The notes beneath the pieces were generated by a model. That model was not told where the DNA came from, did not search any database, and worked only from the letters and a program-made list of their open reading frames with translations. The translations under genes were made by a program, and so were the position numbers. This document shows positions 17,011 through 28,976 of a stretch of 62,383 nt of DNA, in pieces. Within the stretch, counting starts at the first letter, position 1; the number at the start of each line of letters is the position of its first letter. Origin of the DNA: Akkermansiaceae bacterium (GTDB lineage: Bacteria; Verrucomicrobiota; Verrucomicrobiia; Verrucomicrobiales; DEV007); NCBI GenBank assembly GCA_018675395.1, contig JABGYE010000254.1, forward strand, positions 1 through 62,383. The letters are read 5' to 3'.

Positions 17011-18411
17011 ATGAAATCTAACCATAGTAGTCGGCGGAATTTTGTGAGAGGGATGGGTGGAGCTGCACTTGCTATTCCATGGCTGGAAAGTTTATCAAAG
17101 TCCGCAGAGCCTTTTAAGCCTTCCGTTCGAGCGGCCTGGTTTTATGTGCCAATTGGTGTAGTGCGTAGGGGTTTTTTTCCTGGCGAAGATAAAGCGGCAA
17201 TTCCTAAATTCAATGGTAGTAGGACTGAAGTGAAAAATGATGCCAAAATTAAGGTAGGCACTCATGAGTTAAAACTGACTACTACACAAAAGCCTCTCGA
17301 GAAAATGAAGGAAAAAATTACTTTCATTACGGGGCTTGATCGGACCTTTCAGGAGGGGACTGATGTTCATGCGCAATGTGCTTCATGTTTTCTTACAAAT
17401 TCGGCTCCTCATACAATTACTCAATCTCCTTATCCGCAATCTCGTACATTGGATCATGTAGTGGCCGAGAAAATTGGCCAAGACACTCCTTTTCGTACTC
17501 TGGAGTTTAGCTGTAATAGTCACAAGGATAATAAGGAGTCTATTCAGTTTGATAATATTTCTTGGTATGGGACTGAGCATGTAGCTCCAAGTATGAGGGA
17601 TCCTCGGAAAGTTTATCGTCGTCTTTTTGGAACTAAGGAAAGACAGTCCAATAAGAATATAACTGATTTGGTGTTACAGGATGCTAGATCCATGCAGCGC
17701 CATCTTGGATATGATGACAAGCAGAAATTCTCCGAATATTTTGATTCGATTAGGACGATCGAAGAGCAGATGGAAAGACTTGAAAAGCTTCGTGAGGAAT
17801 TATCTTTTGCTCAGTTCGAAGAGCCGGCCGATGCTCATTTGCCGAGAGGAGAATATATAAGGCTCATGGGTGATCTCATGGTAACAGCTTTGCAGGTAGG
17901 CTTAACGAACGTTGCTACTTTTATGGTGGGTCCTGAGCGTTGGGATACTCCATACATGTATGAGACTCTATTTGAAAAGCCTCGAAGCCATCATCAAATG
18001 TCACACAATCAAGGCCGTTTCATTGAGGATCTATTAAGAGTTGACCATTTTCATATGCAACAATTTGCCTATTTAGTTGAGAAGATGGACTCCATCAAAG
18101 AAGCAGATGGGACGACGCTTCTTGACAATACTTTATTTACTTATGGATCGGGCTTGGGTGATGGATCAACTCATCAATATAGTGCTCTTCCAATCATTAT
18201 GGCAGGCTCTGGAGGAGGAAAACTAATCACTGGTAAACACATCAATCTTTCAGACCATTCAGGAGCAGTTCCAAAGAAGGAAGGAAAATACCAACAACTA
18301 TATCATGGATTGCCTTTAGCTAACTTATGGCTGACTCAAGCGAAAGCATTGGGTTTGGAAATGGATAGATATGCTGAAAGTACTGGTAAAATATCTCATT
18401 TAATGGCTTAA
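17011..18411 (+). CDS. DUF1552 family protein (Tat-signal-like N-terminus), the usual partner of DUF1592-family proteins
   Basis: 466 aa. N-terminus SRRNFVRGMGGAALAIPWLESL is typical of DUF1552. It lies 33 nt downstream of the DUF1592-family gene on the same strand. Confidence 0.8.
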   Translation: MKSNHSSRRNFVRGMGGAALAIPWLESLSKSAEPFKPSVRAAWFYVPIGVVRRGFFPGEDKAAIPKFNGSRTEVKNDAKIKVGTHELKLTTTQKPLEKMKEKITFITGLDRTFQEGTDVHAQCASCFLTNSAPHTITQSPYPQSRTLDHVVAEKIGQDTPFRTLEFSCNSHKDNKESIQFDNISWYGTEHVAPSMRDPRKVYRRLFGTKERQSNKNITDLVLQDARSMQRHLGYDDKQKFSEYFDSIRTIEEQMERLEKLREELSFAQFEEPADAHLPRGEYIRLMGDLMVTALQVGLTNVATFMVGPERWDTPYMYETLFEKPRSHHQMSHNQGRFIEDLLRVDHFHMQQFAYLVEKMDSIKEADGTTLLDNTLFTYGSGLGDGSTHQYSALPIIMAGSGGGKLITGKHINLSDHSGAVPKKEGKYQQLYHGLPLANLWLTQAKALGLEMDRYAESTGKISHLMA

Positions 18412-18517
18412 ATGTCAGAGTGATTGTATTCATATTGCCCTTAGTTTTTTTGAATAAATCAAGGGCTTGCGGTAAACTGATAATTTGCGAGATTAGAGAG
18501 TTATTTTTTTTCTAAAT

Positions 18518-19777
18518 ATGAGAAATTTATCTGTTCTTATTCAAGGTTTATTATCACTGATTTTTGTTGGGATGTTCCCGCTATTAGCTGATGAGGAATT
18601 ACTTGATGCCGAAAGGATGAGATCACTGGGAGTTGGTGACGCATCATTGAAAGTTGAACAACTAAAGATAATGCTCAATCCAATGACTAAAGATGAACTC
18701 AATGAGTTGTCACATGCTTGGAGAAATAGCTTAAAGAAAACGGTCCAAAATATTTCTGATATTAATTTGAAGGAGGAATTAAGCTTAGCCGATGAGGGGA
18801 GGAAGAATGGTTTTATAGAAGTTAAACTTAAGCAGTTGATTCTTTTTAGAACTGTTCTTGCTGAGTCAAAGAAAAAGGGTGGCGATCTGAGTGATTTGGA
18901 GATGTACGCGAATGCTGTTTCTGGAGCTCAGATTGCAGTTAATGATGATGATTCCTTTTGGTCTAAATACGCCTCTTGGTTTACCTCAAAAGAAGGCGGG
19001 GTCAAGTGGGGCATTCAGCTCTTGAAGTTTTCTGCGATCATGATGATTTTCTGGGCATTGGCGGGATTTGTGCGTCGAGTTGTGCGCCGAGCCGCTCAAA
19101 AAAGCAATCGATTTTCCGAACTCCTTGAGCAGTTCATGATTAAGATTTCTTTTAGAGCTATGATATTGGTTGGCTTGCTGGTCGGACTTTCAACAGTCGG
19201 AATTAATGTTGCGGCTCTTCTTACAGTGATCGGAGGAGCTTCGTTCATTATTGCTTTTGCGTTACAGGACACTCTTAGTAATTTTGCAGCTGGTGTAATG
19301 TTGCTTGTTTATCGCCCCTTTGATGTGGGAGATATGGTTGAAGTGGGTGGCGTATCCGGAAAAATCGGTCAGGTCAGTCTAGTGAGTACCACTATTAAAA
19401 CATTTGATAATAAGGTTGTTCTTGTTCCTAACAAGAACGTTTGGGGGCAAATTATTACTAATTCTTCGGTCAGTACGGAAAGGCGAGTCGATATGATTTT
19501 TGGGATCGGCTATGATGATGACTCTGAAAAGGCAAAGCAAATTCTTGAGAAAATTGTCGAAGAGCACGAGTTAGTCCTTGATGAACCTGAGCCCGTGATT
19601 CAATTGCACGAATTGGCTGATTCATCCGTTAATTTCATCTGCCGCCCATGGGTAAAGACCGAGAATTATTGGCAAGTTCACTGGGATGTTCTTAAGAGGG
19701 CTAAGTCTGAATTTGATCAGGCTGGGATCAGTATCCCTTACCCACAACAGGACGTACATATTCATCAAGTCAATTAG
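18518..19777 (+). CDS. Mechanosensitive ion channel (MscS family) with an N-terminal periplasmic extension
   Basis: 419 aa. Signal/TM region, three TM helices, then the MscS beta-domain signature FDVGDMVEVGGVSGKIGQVSLVSTTIKTFDNKVVLVPNKNVWGQIITN. Confidence 0.85.
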   Translation: MRNLSVLIQGLLSLIFVGMFPLLADEELLDAERMRSLGVGDASLKVEQLKIMLNPMTKDELNELSHAWRNSLKKTVQNISDINLKEELSLADEGRKNGFIEVKLKQLILFRTVLAESKKKGGDLSDLEMYANAVSGAQIAVNDDDSFWSKYASWFTSKEGGVKWGIQLLKFSAIMMIFWALAGFVRRVVRRAAQKSNRFSELLEQFMIKISFRAMILVGLLVGLSTVGINVAALLTVIGGASFIIAFALQDTLSNFAAGVMLLVYRPFDVGDMVEVGGVSGKIGQVSLVSTTIKTFDNKVVLVPNKNVWGQIITNSSVSTERRVDMIFGIGYDDDSEKAKQILEKIVEEHELVLDEPEPVIQLHELADSSVNFICRPWVKTENYWQVHWDVLKRAKSEFDQAGISIPYPQQDVHIHQVN

Positions 19778-19821
19778 ATCATATTTTATTTATCTTTGAC
19801 CTTTTGCCTGTCCCTGCTTAA

Positions 19822-22092
<2,271 letters not shown>

Positions 22093-22238
22093 TAGGACAT
22101 ATTAGTGGGGTTAGTAGTACGACCAATTTTTCTAGAACTATGCAATTTTGAGTTCGATGCTATTTTTTTTGGTTATTTTACTGATTGAATTACGTCCCTA
22201 GGGTTGCTTCTTAATAACGTTTGATGGACAATTAATTT

Positions 22239-24626
22239 ATGTTTTTCGCAGAGTTGGGTGGTTTTCACAGGATCATATTCCAATTTATTGCATTTTTATT
22301 AACTCTTAATGCCTTTAGTGCTGAGAATAGAAGCAAGCATTGGTCCTTCGTACCTCCAAAATTTCATTCTGTCCCGGAAGTTAAAACTCAAGGATGGTCT
22401 AAGAATGAGATTGATAATTTCATTCTGGTAGAACTAGAAAGTTCTAATATTACACCTGCCAAGAAGGCTGAGCCTGCCCAGCTAATCAGAAGAGTCTATT
22501 ACGATTTGATTGGTTTGCCTCCGAGCCCTGAAAAAGTAGAAGAATTTTTAAAGGACCATTCTACTGAGGCCTTCGCAAGGATCGTAAATGATTTACTTGA
22601 TTCTCCACAGTACGGAGAGAGGTGGGGGCGTCATTGGTTGGATGTTGCTAGATATGGTGATTCTAACGGAGGAGATGAAAATCACGCTTACCCTCATGCC
22701 TGGAGGTATCGCAATTTTGTTATTGATGCATTTAATCGTGATTTGCCCTTCGATGAATTTATAACTGAACAGTTGGCAGGAGATCTTCTTGAAAGTAAAA
22801 CTTCTGAACGTTCACGCCGCGTCACTGCAACAGGTTTCCTTGCAATTGGGACAAAGATTTTGGCCGAAAAAGATAGTGTAAAGAAAAGGGCTGATATCAT
22901 TGATGAACAAATTGATACAGTGAGTCGTTCTTTTATGGGAATCAGCGTCTCTTGTGCTCGTTGCCATGATCACAAATTTGATCCTATACTAACAGCAGAC
23001 TATTATGCTCTTGCTGGAATATTCCACAGTACCAAAATAGAAGATCAGTCTTTGAGCAGGCCTGAAGATGAGCAGAAGGAGGAAAAAAAGAAAGCTCGCC
23101 TAGTGGATATTAATGAACAGTTAGGTGATCTCGAAATTAAGTTATCTGAATTTGTGGATTCAGAATCTATTGTGCAATGGGAGGCTGAAAAATTTATTCG
23201 TGGCAATGTGTCCGTCATTCAAGGGAATAATGATAATGAAGCCACTTATATATCTGATCCTGGAAGCCAAGAAAATTTTGCCGAATATGAGGTTAAAATA
23301 ACAACTGAGGGCACATACTCTGTCGATTTTCGATATGCCGCGAAAAGTTCAAGGCCAGGGAGTTTGATCATTGATGCTAATAAAAATAATGTGATTTCTG
23401 TACTAGCTGAGGTGACTGGAGGGTGGGGTTCAGAGCATCAGTGGTGGAATCACGAAACGTACGTTCATTTAAATCCTGGAGAGCATGTTTTTAGAGTCGA
23501 ATCTAAACCGCTAATGTCTCATTTGGATCAGATCCGTTTGACGCGTGTGCATTCTTTGGACCAAGTGAAATCTTTGCGCTTAAAGATCGATAATTTTAAG
23601 GAGGAGAGGATCGAGATCCAATCTGATAAAAATAACACATACAAGGTCATGGCAGTTCAAGACGGTGATGTGGCTGACACAAATATTAATTTAAGAGGCG
23701 ATCCACATGAGCGCGGAGAATTAGTTTCTCGTGGATTTCTTTCAAAGATCTCTCCTCGTAAGGCCCTTCCCTGCAATGACGGTTCGAGTGGGAGGCTCGA
23801 GTTAGCTAAGTGGATGACTCAGCCCGATCATCCACTCACTGCAAGGGTCATTGTGAACAGAATTTGGTATTGGCACTTCGGTAAGGGCATTGTTTCTACG
23901 ATAGATGATTTTGGAACGACGGGAACTGAGCCTTCTCACCCGGAGCTGTTGGACTATTTGGCAAATGATTTTGTACGTAATGGTTGGTCCATTAAAATGC
24001 TTCACCGTAAGATCATATCCTCCAATACTTATCAGATGAGAACGGATAATTCCAATCCATTAGCGGAAAAGAAGGATCCTGAAAATTTACTTTATTGGCG
24101 TCGTGATGTACGCCGTCTTGAGGCTGAATCTTTTCGCGATTCTGTACTAATGGTTTCCGGTAATTTAAATATGAACCCTCCATCATCGCCTCTCGTGGTA
24201 AAGAGTCAGGATCCATCACCTGCGGACCTGCTTAAAAATCGTCAGAGCTATGAAGATTATCAATACCGGAGCGTCTATCTCCCTGTTGTGCGTTCTCATT
24301 TATATGACTTATTAACTCTTCTTGGATTCCCAAACGCAACAACTACTGTTGGGCAACGTTCAAAGACCACGGTTCCTACACAGGCACTATTAATGATGAA
24401 TAATCCATTTTTAATTAGCCAAGCTCAAAGCCTTGCTCTTCGAATCGGAGAAGGGAAAGTGCGTGAGTTATATCTAACGCTTTTTTCCCGGATTCCAAAT
24501 TCAGAGGAAATGCATTGGATTAATCATTTTTTCGAAAAGCACTCAAAGATTAGTGGAAATAAAAAAGCGTGGGAGTCGTTGTGCCACACGCTTTTAATTT
24601 CGAATGAGTTTCTCCATGTTTGGTAA
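22239..24626 (+). CDS. DUF1549 (PSCyt2) / DUF1553 (PSD1) protein with an inserted CBM6/35-like beta-sandwich
   Basis: 795 aa with signal peptide. RRVYYDLIGLPPSPEKVEEF and GERWGRHWLDVARYGDSNG (DUF1549), CARCHDHKFDP, and a C-terminal DUF1553-like part (NRIWYWHFGKGIV...). The insert at aa ~310-436 (nt 23166-23546) reads WEAEKF...AEYEVKITTEGTYSVDFRYAAKSSRPGSLII...TGGWGSEHQWW...LNPGEHVFRV. Confidence 0.85.
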   Translation: MFFAELGGFHRIIFQFIAFLLTLNAFSAENRSKHWSFVPPKFHSVPEVKTQGWSKNEIDNFILVELESSNITPAKKAEPAQLIRRVYYDLIGLPPSPEKVEEFLKDHSTEAFARIVNDLLDSPQYGERWGRHWLDVARYGDSNGGDENHAYPHAWRYRNFVIDAFNRDLPFDEFITEQLAGDLLESKTSERSRRVTATGFLAIGTKILAEKDSVKKRADIIDEQIDTVSRSFMGISVSCARCHDHKFDPILTADYYALAGIFHSTKIEDQSLSRPEDEQKEEKKKARLVDINEQLGDLEIKLSEFVDSESIVQWEAEKFIRGNVSVIQGNNDNEATYISDPGSQENFAEYEVKITTEGTYSVDFRYAAKSSRPGSLIIDANKNNVISVLAEVTGGWGSEHQWWNHETYVHLNPGEHVFRVESKPLMSHLDQIRLTRVHSLDQVKSLRLKIDNFKEERIEIQSDKNNTYKVMAVQDGDVADTNINLRGDPHERGELVSRGFLSKISPRKALPCNDGSSGRLELAKWMTQPDHPLTARVIVNRIWYWHFGKGIVSTIDDFGTTGTEPSHPELLDYLANDFVRNGWSIKMLHRKIISSNTYQMRTDNSNPLAEKKDPENLLYWRRDVRRLEAESFRDSVLMVSGNLNMNPPSSPLVVKSQDPSPADLLKNRQSYEDYQYRSVYLPVVRSHLYDLLTLLGFPNATTTVGQRSKTTVPTQALLMMNNPFLISQAQSLALRIGEGKVRELYLTLFSRIPNSEEMHWINHFFEKHSKISGNKKAWESLCHTLLISNEFLHVW

Positions 24627-26043
24627 TTTTCAGAGTAATTTTATTTCCCGAAGAGATGCACTGAACCGTATTGGTGTTGGTTTTGGAGGCATTGCTTTGA
24701 ATTCACTTCTTCAGGAGCATTCTTCTGCGGATTCAGGAATTAATTATCCTCATCAGACTGCTCGTGCAAAACGAATCATTTTCTTATTTATGCATGGAGG
24801 CCCATCACATGTGGATCTCTTTGACTACAAACCGAAACTTTATAGTGAAAATGGCAAGCCGTTGCCTTTTCCTGAAAGGTCTGTCCAGTTTGCTGCAAGA
24901 GGTAATATTTTTGCTCCTCCATGGAAGTTCCGACAAGTTGGTCAGTCCGGGCACTGGATGTCTGAACTTTGGAAGCACCTTCCCGAAGTTGCTGATGATC
25001 TATGCATGATTCATTCATTATGTGAAACTAATGTCTCGCATGGTGGTGCTTGTATGAAATTACATACTGGTGATGAGGCACTGCTCAGACCGAGCATGGG
25101 ATCATGGGTCAGCTATGGTCTTGGTACCGAAAATAGAAATCTTCCAGCCTTTGTAACTATTTGCCCAACGTCCCTCCATGGTGGAGTCAATAATTTTGGC
25201 TCGGCTTTTCTTCCAGCACAGCATCAAGGTGTTCCATTGGGAACGCCTGGGTATCCTAATACTCCTGCGAAAGATGCTAAGTTCCATTATATGCGTCATC
25301 CCAGTGCTGGGAGGAGAGAACAAGAATTACAGATTGAACTTTTACGCAAGCTTCACGGTACAAATAAGTTTGGTGGAACGGACCTGGATGCAAGAATGGC
25401 CAGCTTTGAATTGGCTTTCAGGATGCAAATGGCTGCTCCAGAAGCAACGGATCTTTCAAAAGAATCAGAAATGACTCGTGAACTTTATGGGATGGATGGT
25501 TCTGAGACAGATAATTTTGCCAGGCAATGCATTCTTGCTAGGCGCTTGGCTGAACGGGGAGTCAGATTCATCCAAGTGAGTCATGCAAATAGCCTTCCAT
25601 TTAATAATGAACAGTGGGATCAGCACTCTCATTTAGAGAAAGGGCATTCGATCAATGTGAAGCAAATAGACAAGCCAATTACTGGTCTCATAAAGGACCT
25701 AAAAGTCAGAGGTCTTCTTGAAGACACTCTTGTCATTTGGGGGGGAGAGTTTGGTCGAACTCCAACGTCTCAAAAAGGTAACGGTGAGGTGGGCCGTGAT
25801 CATCATCCGGACGGTTTTACAATGTGGATGGCTGGAGGAGGTGTCAGACCGGGCATTCGGTACGGCGCTACTGACGAGTTTGGTTATCATGCTATTGAAG
25901 ATAGAATGACGATACATGATCTTCATGCGACTATATTTCATGCACTTGGAATTGATCATACCCGACTCACTTTTAACAGTAATGGCAGGGAATTCCGACT
26001 CACCGATGTGCATGGTGAAGTTGCACATAAGATAATGATCTGA
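24604..26043 (+). CDS. DUF1501 family protein (sulfatase/alkaline-phosphatase-like fold, Tat-signal-like N-terminus)
   Basis: 479 aa. SRRDALNRIGVGFGGIAL, LFMHGGPSHVDLFDYKP, WGGEFGRTP and GRDHHPDGF are typical of DUF1501. The start overlaps the upstream DUF1553 gene by 23 nt, or by 11 nt if ATG 24616 is used. Confidence 0.85.
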   Translation: MSFSMFGNFQSNFISRRDALNRIGVGFGGIALNSLLQEHSSADSGINYPHQTARAKRIIFLFMHGGPSHVDLFDYKPKLYSENGKPLPFPERSVQFAARGNIFAPPWKFRQVGQSGHWMSELWKHLPEVADDLCMIHSLCETNVSHGGACMKLHTGDEALLRPSMGSWVSYGLGTENRNLPAFVTICPTSLHGGVNNFGSAFLPAQHQGVPLGTPGYPNTPAKDAKFHYMRHPSAGRREQELQIELLRKLHGTNKFGGTDLDARMASFELAFRMQMAAPEATDLSKESEMTRELYGMDGSETDNFARQCILARRLAERGVRFIQVSHANSLPFNNEQWDQHSHLEKGHSINVKQIDKPITGLIKDLKVRGLLEDTLVIWGGEFGRTPTSQKGNGEVGRDHHPDGFTMWMAGGGVRPGIRYGATDEFGYHAIEDRMTIHDLHATIFHALGIDHTRLTFNSNGREFRLTDVHGEVAHKIMI

Positions 26044-26072
26044 TTTTCAGATTGTCAGGTGCCAGATTTATT

Positions 26073-28976
26073 TCATTGCGGAGGATTTTCTAGCCATGCC
26101 AATAGGTCAAGAATTTCATCAATCGTAAATAAGTTTAATAGACCTGATGGCATAAGAGAAACCTTAGAGTGTGAACGCTCGATGATATTGACCTTATCAA
26201 TTTTAGTTGTCTTATTAGGATAAAGCGAATTTTCAGCAATTTGCATATAGGACACACGATAATCTAAATTTGGTATGATCTGACCCCTGAGAATGGTTCC
26301 TTCTCGGAGTTTCAATTCTACTGCTTGATAATTCTCTGCTATAGAATTAGAAGGCAATAGTATTTCTCGAAGTAAATCTTTTCTCCCAAATCGGTTTGCT
26401 ACGTTGGTCAGATCTGGGCCGATCGGATATCCAACTTTACCGTGTTGATGGCATCGACTACACAGAGCAAGCTCGAAAACTTTTTCACCATTTTCCAAGT
26501 TACGCTTGTCTATATTGAAATTTAATAGTCCTTTAAAGTTTTTAATGTTCCATGAATTAGTGACGGAACGATCTGATCGATCAGGAAATTCAGGCAAGGA
26601 TGGGCGAGAGGCAAGGACGGTACTGAGTTTTTCTTTTTCTTTTTCAGTTAATGTTGCTGTTGATTCTTTGCGAATTGCCTTGAGCGCTTGAGGTAATCCC
26701 CGTCCCCCTAAAAGAGTTTCGTATTTGGCAAGGATTCCAAAGAATATTTTCCGCGACTCTAACGACCATCCCGAAGTAGTTTTTCTTAAATGAAATAGAT
26801 AATGGATTCCTTCACGCTGAGAGCAGTCTCCTTGTAGAAATTCGATAACCTTAGGAACGGTACGGGCAGGGTCTAACTCAATGAGTAATGGTGATACAGC
26901 CATATTAATTTTTGCTGATTGATAAGGAAAATTCTTTCCAAGTGATTCAATGATTTGTTCTTTTGCTTGTTCTGGGATTTTGTGTCTAGAGATTAAACGA
27001 CGAATGATGTCGATATATTCGAACTGTTTAGATGGAACCATTTTTTCCCAGGCCATTAATTTGTTCAGAAGCCCATTTTTTTTCTCTATCTGATCAGTCC
27101 CAATGAGTTCTGTAATTTCTTTTTCTGAAGCAATATTCAATTTTGCAGTTAAGTGATCTAGGTCAGGAATCGCATCTTCCAGAAAAGTTCTGTTATTAAT
27201 TTTTGCGGGTGAAAAAATAAAAGTGTCAGCATTGTGTTCAGCACTAATTCTTGAAGCGTACCTAATGCGCGGATCAGTGACTTCTTCAAATGGGGTGGCC
27301 GTTTTACTTTTGTGTGATTTTTCTATTTTTTTTCGTTGTTCGCGGTGTTTGTGAGATGACTCATTCCTCATCTTTTCCTGCAAAGTCATGTTACGCTCAT
27401 TCACTTCTTCCCCGATGTATGAGACTCGATACAGCCCGCTCTTGGTCTTTCTTCCGCCTGTAACGAAATACATTGCTCCGTCTGGACCAAAGTCCAGATC
27501 AGTGACATTTAATGGTTTACCTCTTAGAAATACTTCTGATGCGCCCATATAAGTCGATCCTCTAGTTACAAAGTGAATTGCAATGATTCTTCCATATGCC
27601 CAGTCAAGAGCATAAAGAGCTTGTTGGTATTCTTGTGAAAAATTACTCTTTGTTCCAAAACGTATTCCTGTCGGAGATCCTTTGCCGATGTGCACGGAAT
27701 GCTGAGCATTATCGGGATGATCTGGATAATAGGGTGGCCATTTTCCTGTTACTGCTCTCCAGCCAAAATCTGCACCACTCGTTAAGTGTTTGATTTGGGT
27801 AGGACGGTACCAGGGAGTGCCCATGTCAAATTCAGCATCAGCGTCATAAGTAAAAGCTTCACCATCCGCATTAAAATCGATTCCATATGGATTTCTTAGA
27901 CCTGCACAAAAAATTTCCTTATTTCTTCCATCCGAATCCATCCGTATGACATGGCCTTCATTTTTAGGTGAGGGTAGGTGCTTATTTCTCAAGGGAGACA
28001 TTCTATTTATTATCCCATTAGGCAAGTTCACTGAGTCACCATTAATTGCGTATATTTTACCTTCAGGACCCATTGCTAGATCGTTTCTTCCGTGCCCGAA
28101 TCCACCCTCACTGATGTGGAGAAGATTCCTTGTTTCGAATGTTCCGTTTTCATCTTTATCTTCTAAGCGATATAGAGATTTTGAGTTGTTAGCATGAACG
28201 TAAAGAGCTCCATGAGCGTATAGGAGTCCTCGACATTCTTTCAGATCATCATTTATTTTTTCTGCTTTAACAATTTCCTCGGAGTTACCGGACAGTGAAT
28301 ACCTGATCAATCCTTTGTCTTCCCGTGCCACCGTGATTCGGCCCTCAGGATCGAAGGCAATGTTTACCCATGAACCTTCTCCGGATGAGGCTGAATGGAG
28401 CAGTTCAACTTTATAGTTTGGGATGATTTGAAAACTTGAAGGATCCGTCGCTTTGTTGGAATTGCTAGCTCGCTTCCATTGTGTATAATCATCAACTTCA
28501 TCAATCAATAGATCCGATAAATTCCACCATTTTTCGACGCCCAAGTCTCCTAGGCTTATAATTTCTGACTTATCGTCTTCGGATTTCCAGTCAGCTGAAG
28601 TCGCTATGACCTGCTTTTTATTAGAATGGTCAATGAGTTCAATTGTTAGTGCTACTGCTGGTGCTTTTCCTATTGATCTTGTACTTAGAATTATTTCATT
28701 TTGATCATCGACCAGATGATCCAATACATTAACTTTCAGTATTGGACCAAAGCCTTCAGCGACTCCGACTGACTCATCGTTTAAAATAACTGAAACGTTA
28801 GCATAATCTGAAACAATACGTAATTCTGCGGATTTTAATTCTTCGATTTCTGTCTCAAAGCCATATCGTATTGTTGCTTTTTTTTTATCTTTTACCCATA
28901 TCCATTCAGGTAACGCAAAAGTATATTGCGTGAGCAAGATTAGATGAAAACTTAGAACAAAACCGCGGAAGAGCAT
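26073..28976 (-). CDS. PVC-type membrane-bound-dehydrogenase-like protein: beta-propeller + HEAT-like helical region + C-terminal cytochrome c domain
   Basis: 967 aa with signal peptide. The central region resembles glucose/sorbosone-dehydrogenase-type propellers (GLRNPYGIDFNADGEAFTYDADAE, GADFGWR). The C-terminal heme motif is LCSRCHQHGKVG, with a distal SLMPSGLL. Confidence 0.75.
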   Translation of the reverse strand: MLFRGFVLSFHLILLTQYTFALPEWIWVKDKKKATIRYGFETEIEELKSAELRIVSDYANVSVILNDESVGVAEGFGPILKVNVLDHLVDDQNEIILSTRSIGKAPAVALTIELIDHSNKKQVIATSADWKSEDDKSEIISLGDLGVEKWWNLSDLLIDEVDDYTQWKRASNSNKATDPSSFQIIPNYKVELLHSASSGEGSWVNIAFDPEGRITVAREDKGLIRYSLSGNSEEIVKAEKINDDLKECRGLLYAHGALYVHANNSKSLYRLEDKDENGTFETRNLLHISEGGFGHGRNDLAMGPEGKIYAINGDSVNLPNGIINRMSPLRNKHLPSPKNEGHVIRMDSDGRNKEIFCAGLRNPYGIDFNADGEAFTYDADAEFDMGTPWYRPTQIKHLTSGADFGWRAVTGKWPPYYPDHPDNAQHSVHIGKGSPTGIRFGTKSNFSQEYQQALYALDWAYGRIIAIHFVTRGSTYMGASEVFLRGKPLNVTDLDFGPDGAMYFVTGGRKTKSGLYRVSYIGEEVNERNMTLQEKMRNESSHKHREQRKKIEKSHKSKTATPFEEVTDPRIRYASRISAEHNADTFIFSPAKINNRTFLEDAIPDLDHLTAKLNIASEKEITELIGTDQIEKKNGLLNKLMAWEKMVPSKQFEYIDIIRRLISRHKIPEQAKEQIIESLGKNFPYQSAKINMAVSPLLIELDPARTVPKVIEFLQGDCSQREGIHYLFHLRKTTSGWSLESRKIFFGILAKYETLLGGRGLPQALKAIRKESTATLTEKEKEKLSTVLASRPSLPEFPDRSDRSVTNSWNIKNFKGLLNFNIDKRNLENGEKVFELALCSRCHQHGKVGYPIGPDLTNVANRFGRKDLLREILLPSNSIAENYQAVELKLREGTILRGQIIPNLDYRVSYMQIAENSLYPNKTTKIDKVNIIERSHSKVSLMPSGLLNLFTIDEILDLLAWLENPPQ

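Noticed and set aside
28878-28886. Homopolymer tracts as phase-variation switches (T9 here; T8 at 7224-7231 in the CotH gene; a T9 near 11999-12007 in the sulfatase gene)
   Set aside because: The runs are short (8-9 nt), encode Lys-Lys in an AT-rich genome, and occur in ordinary enzymes as well. Nothing suggests slipped-strand regulation.
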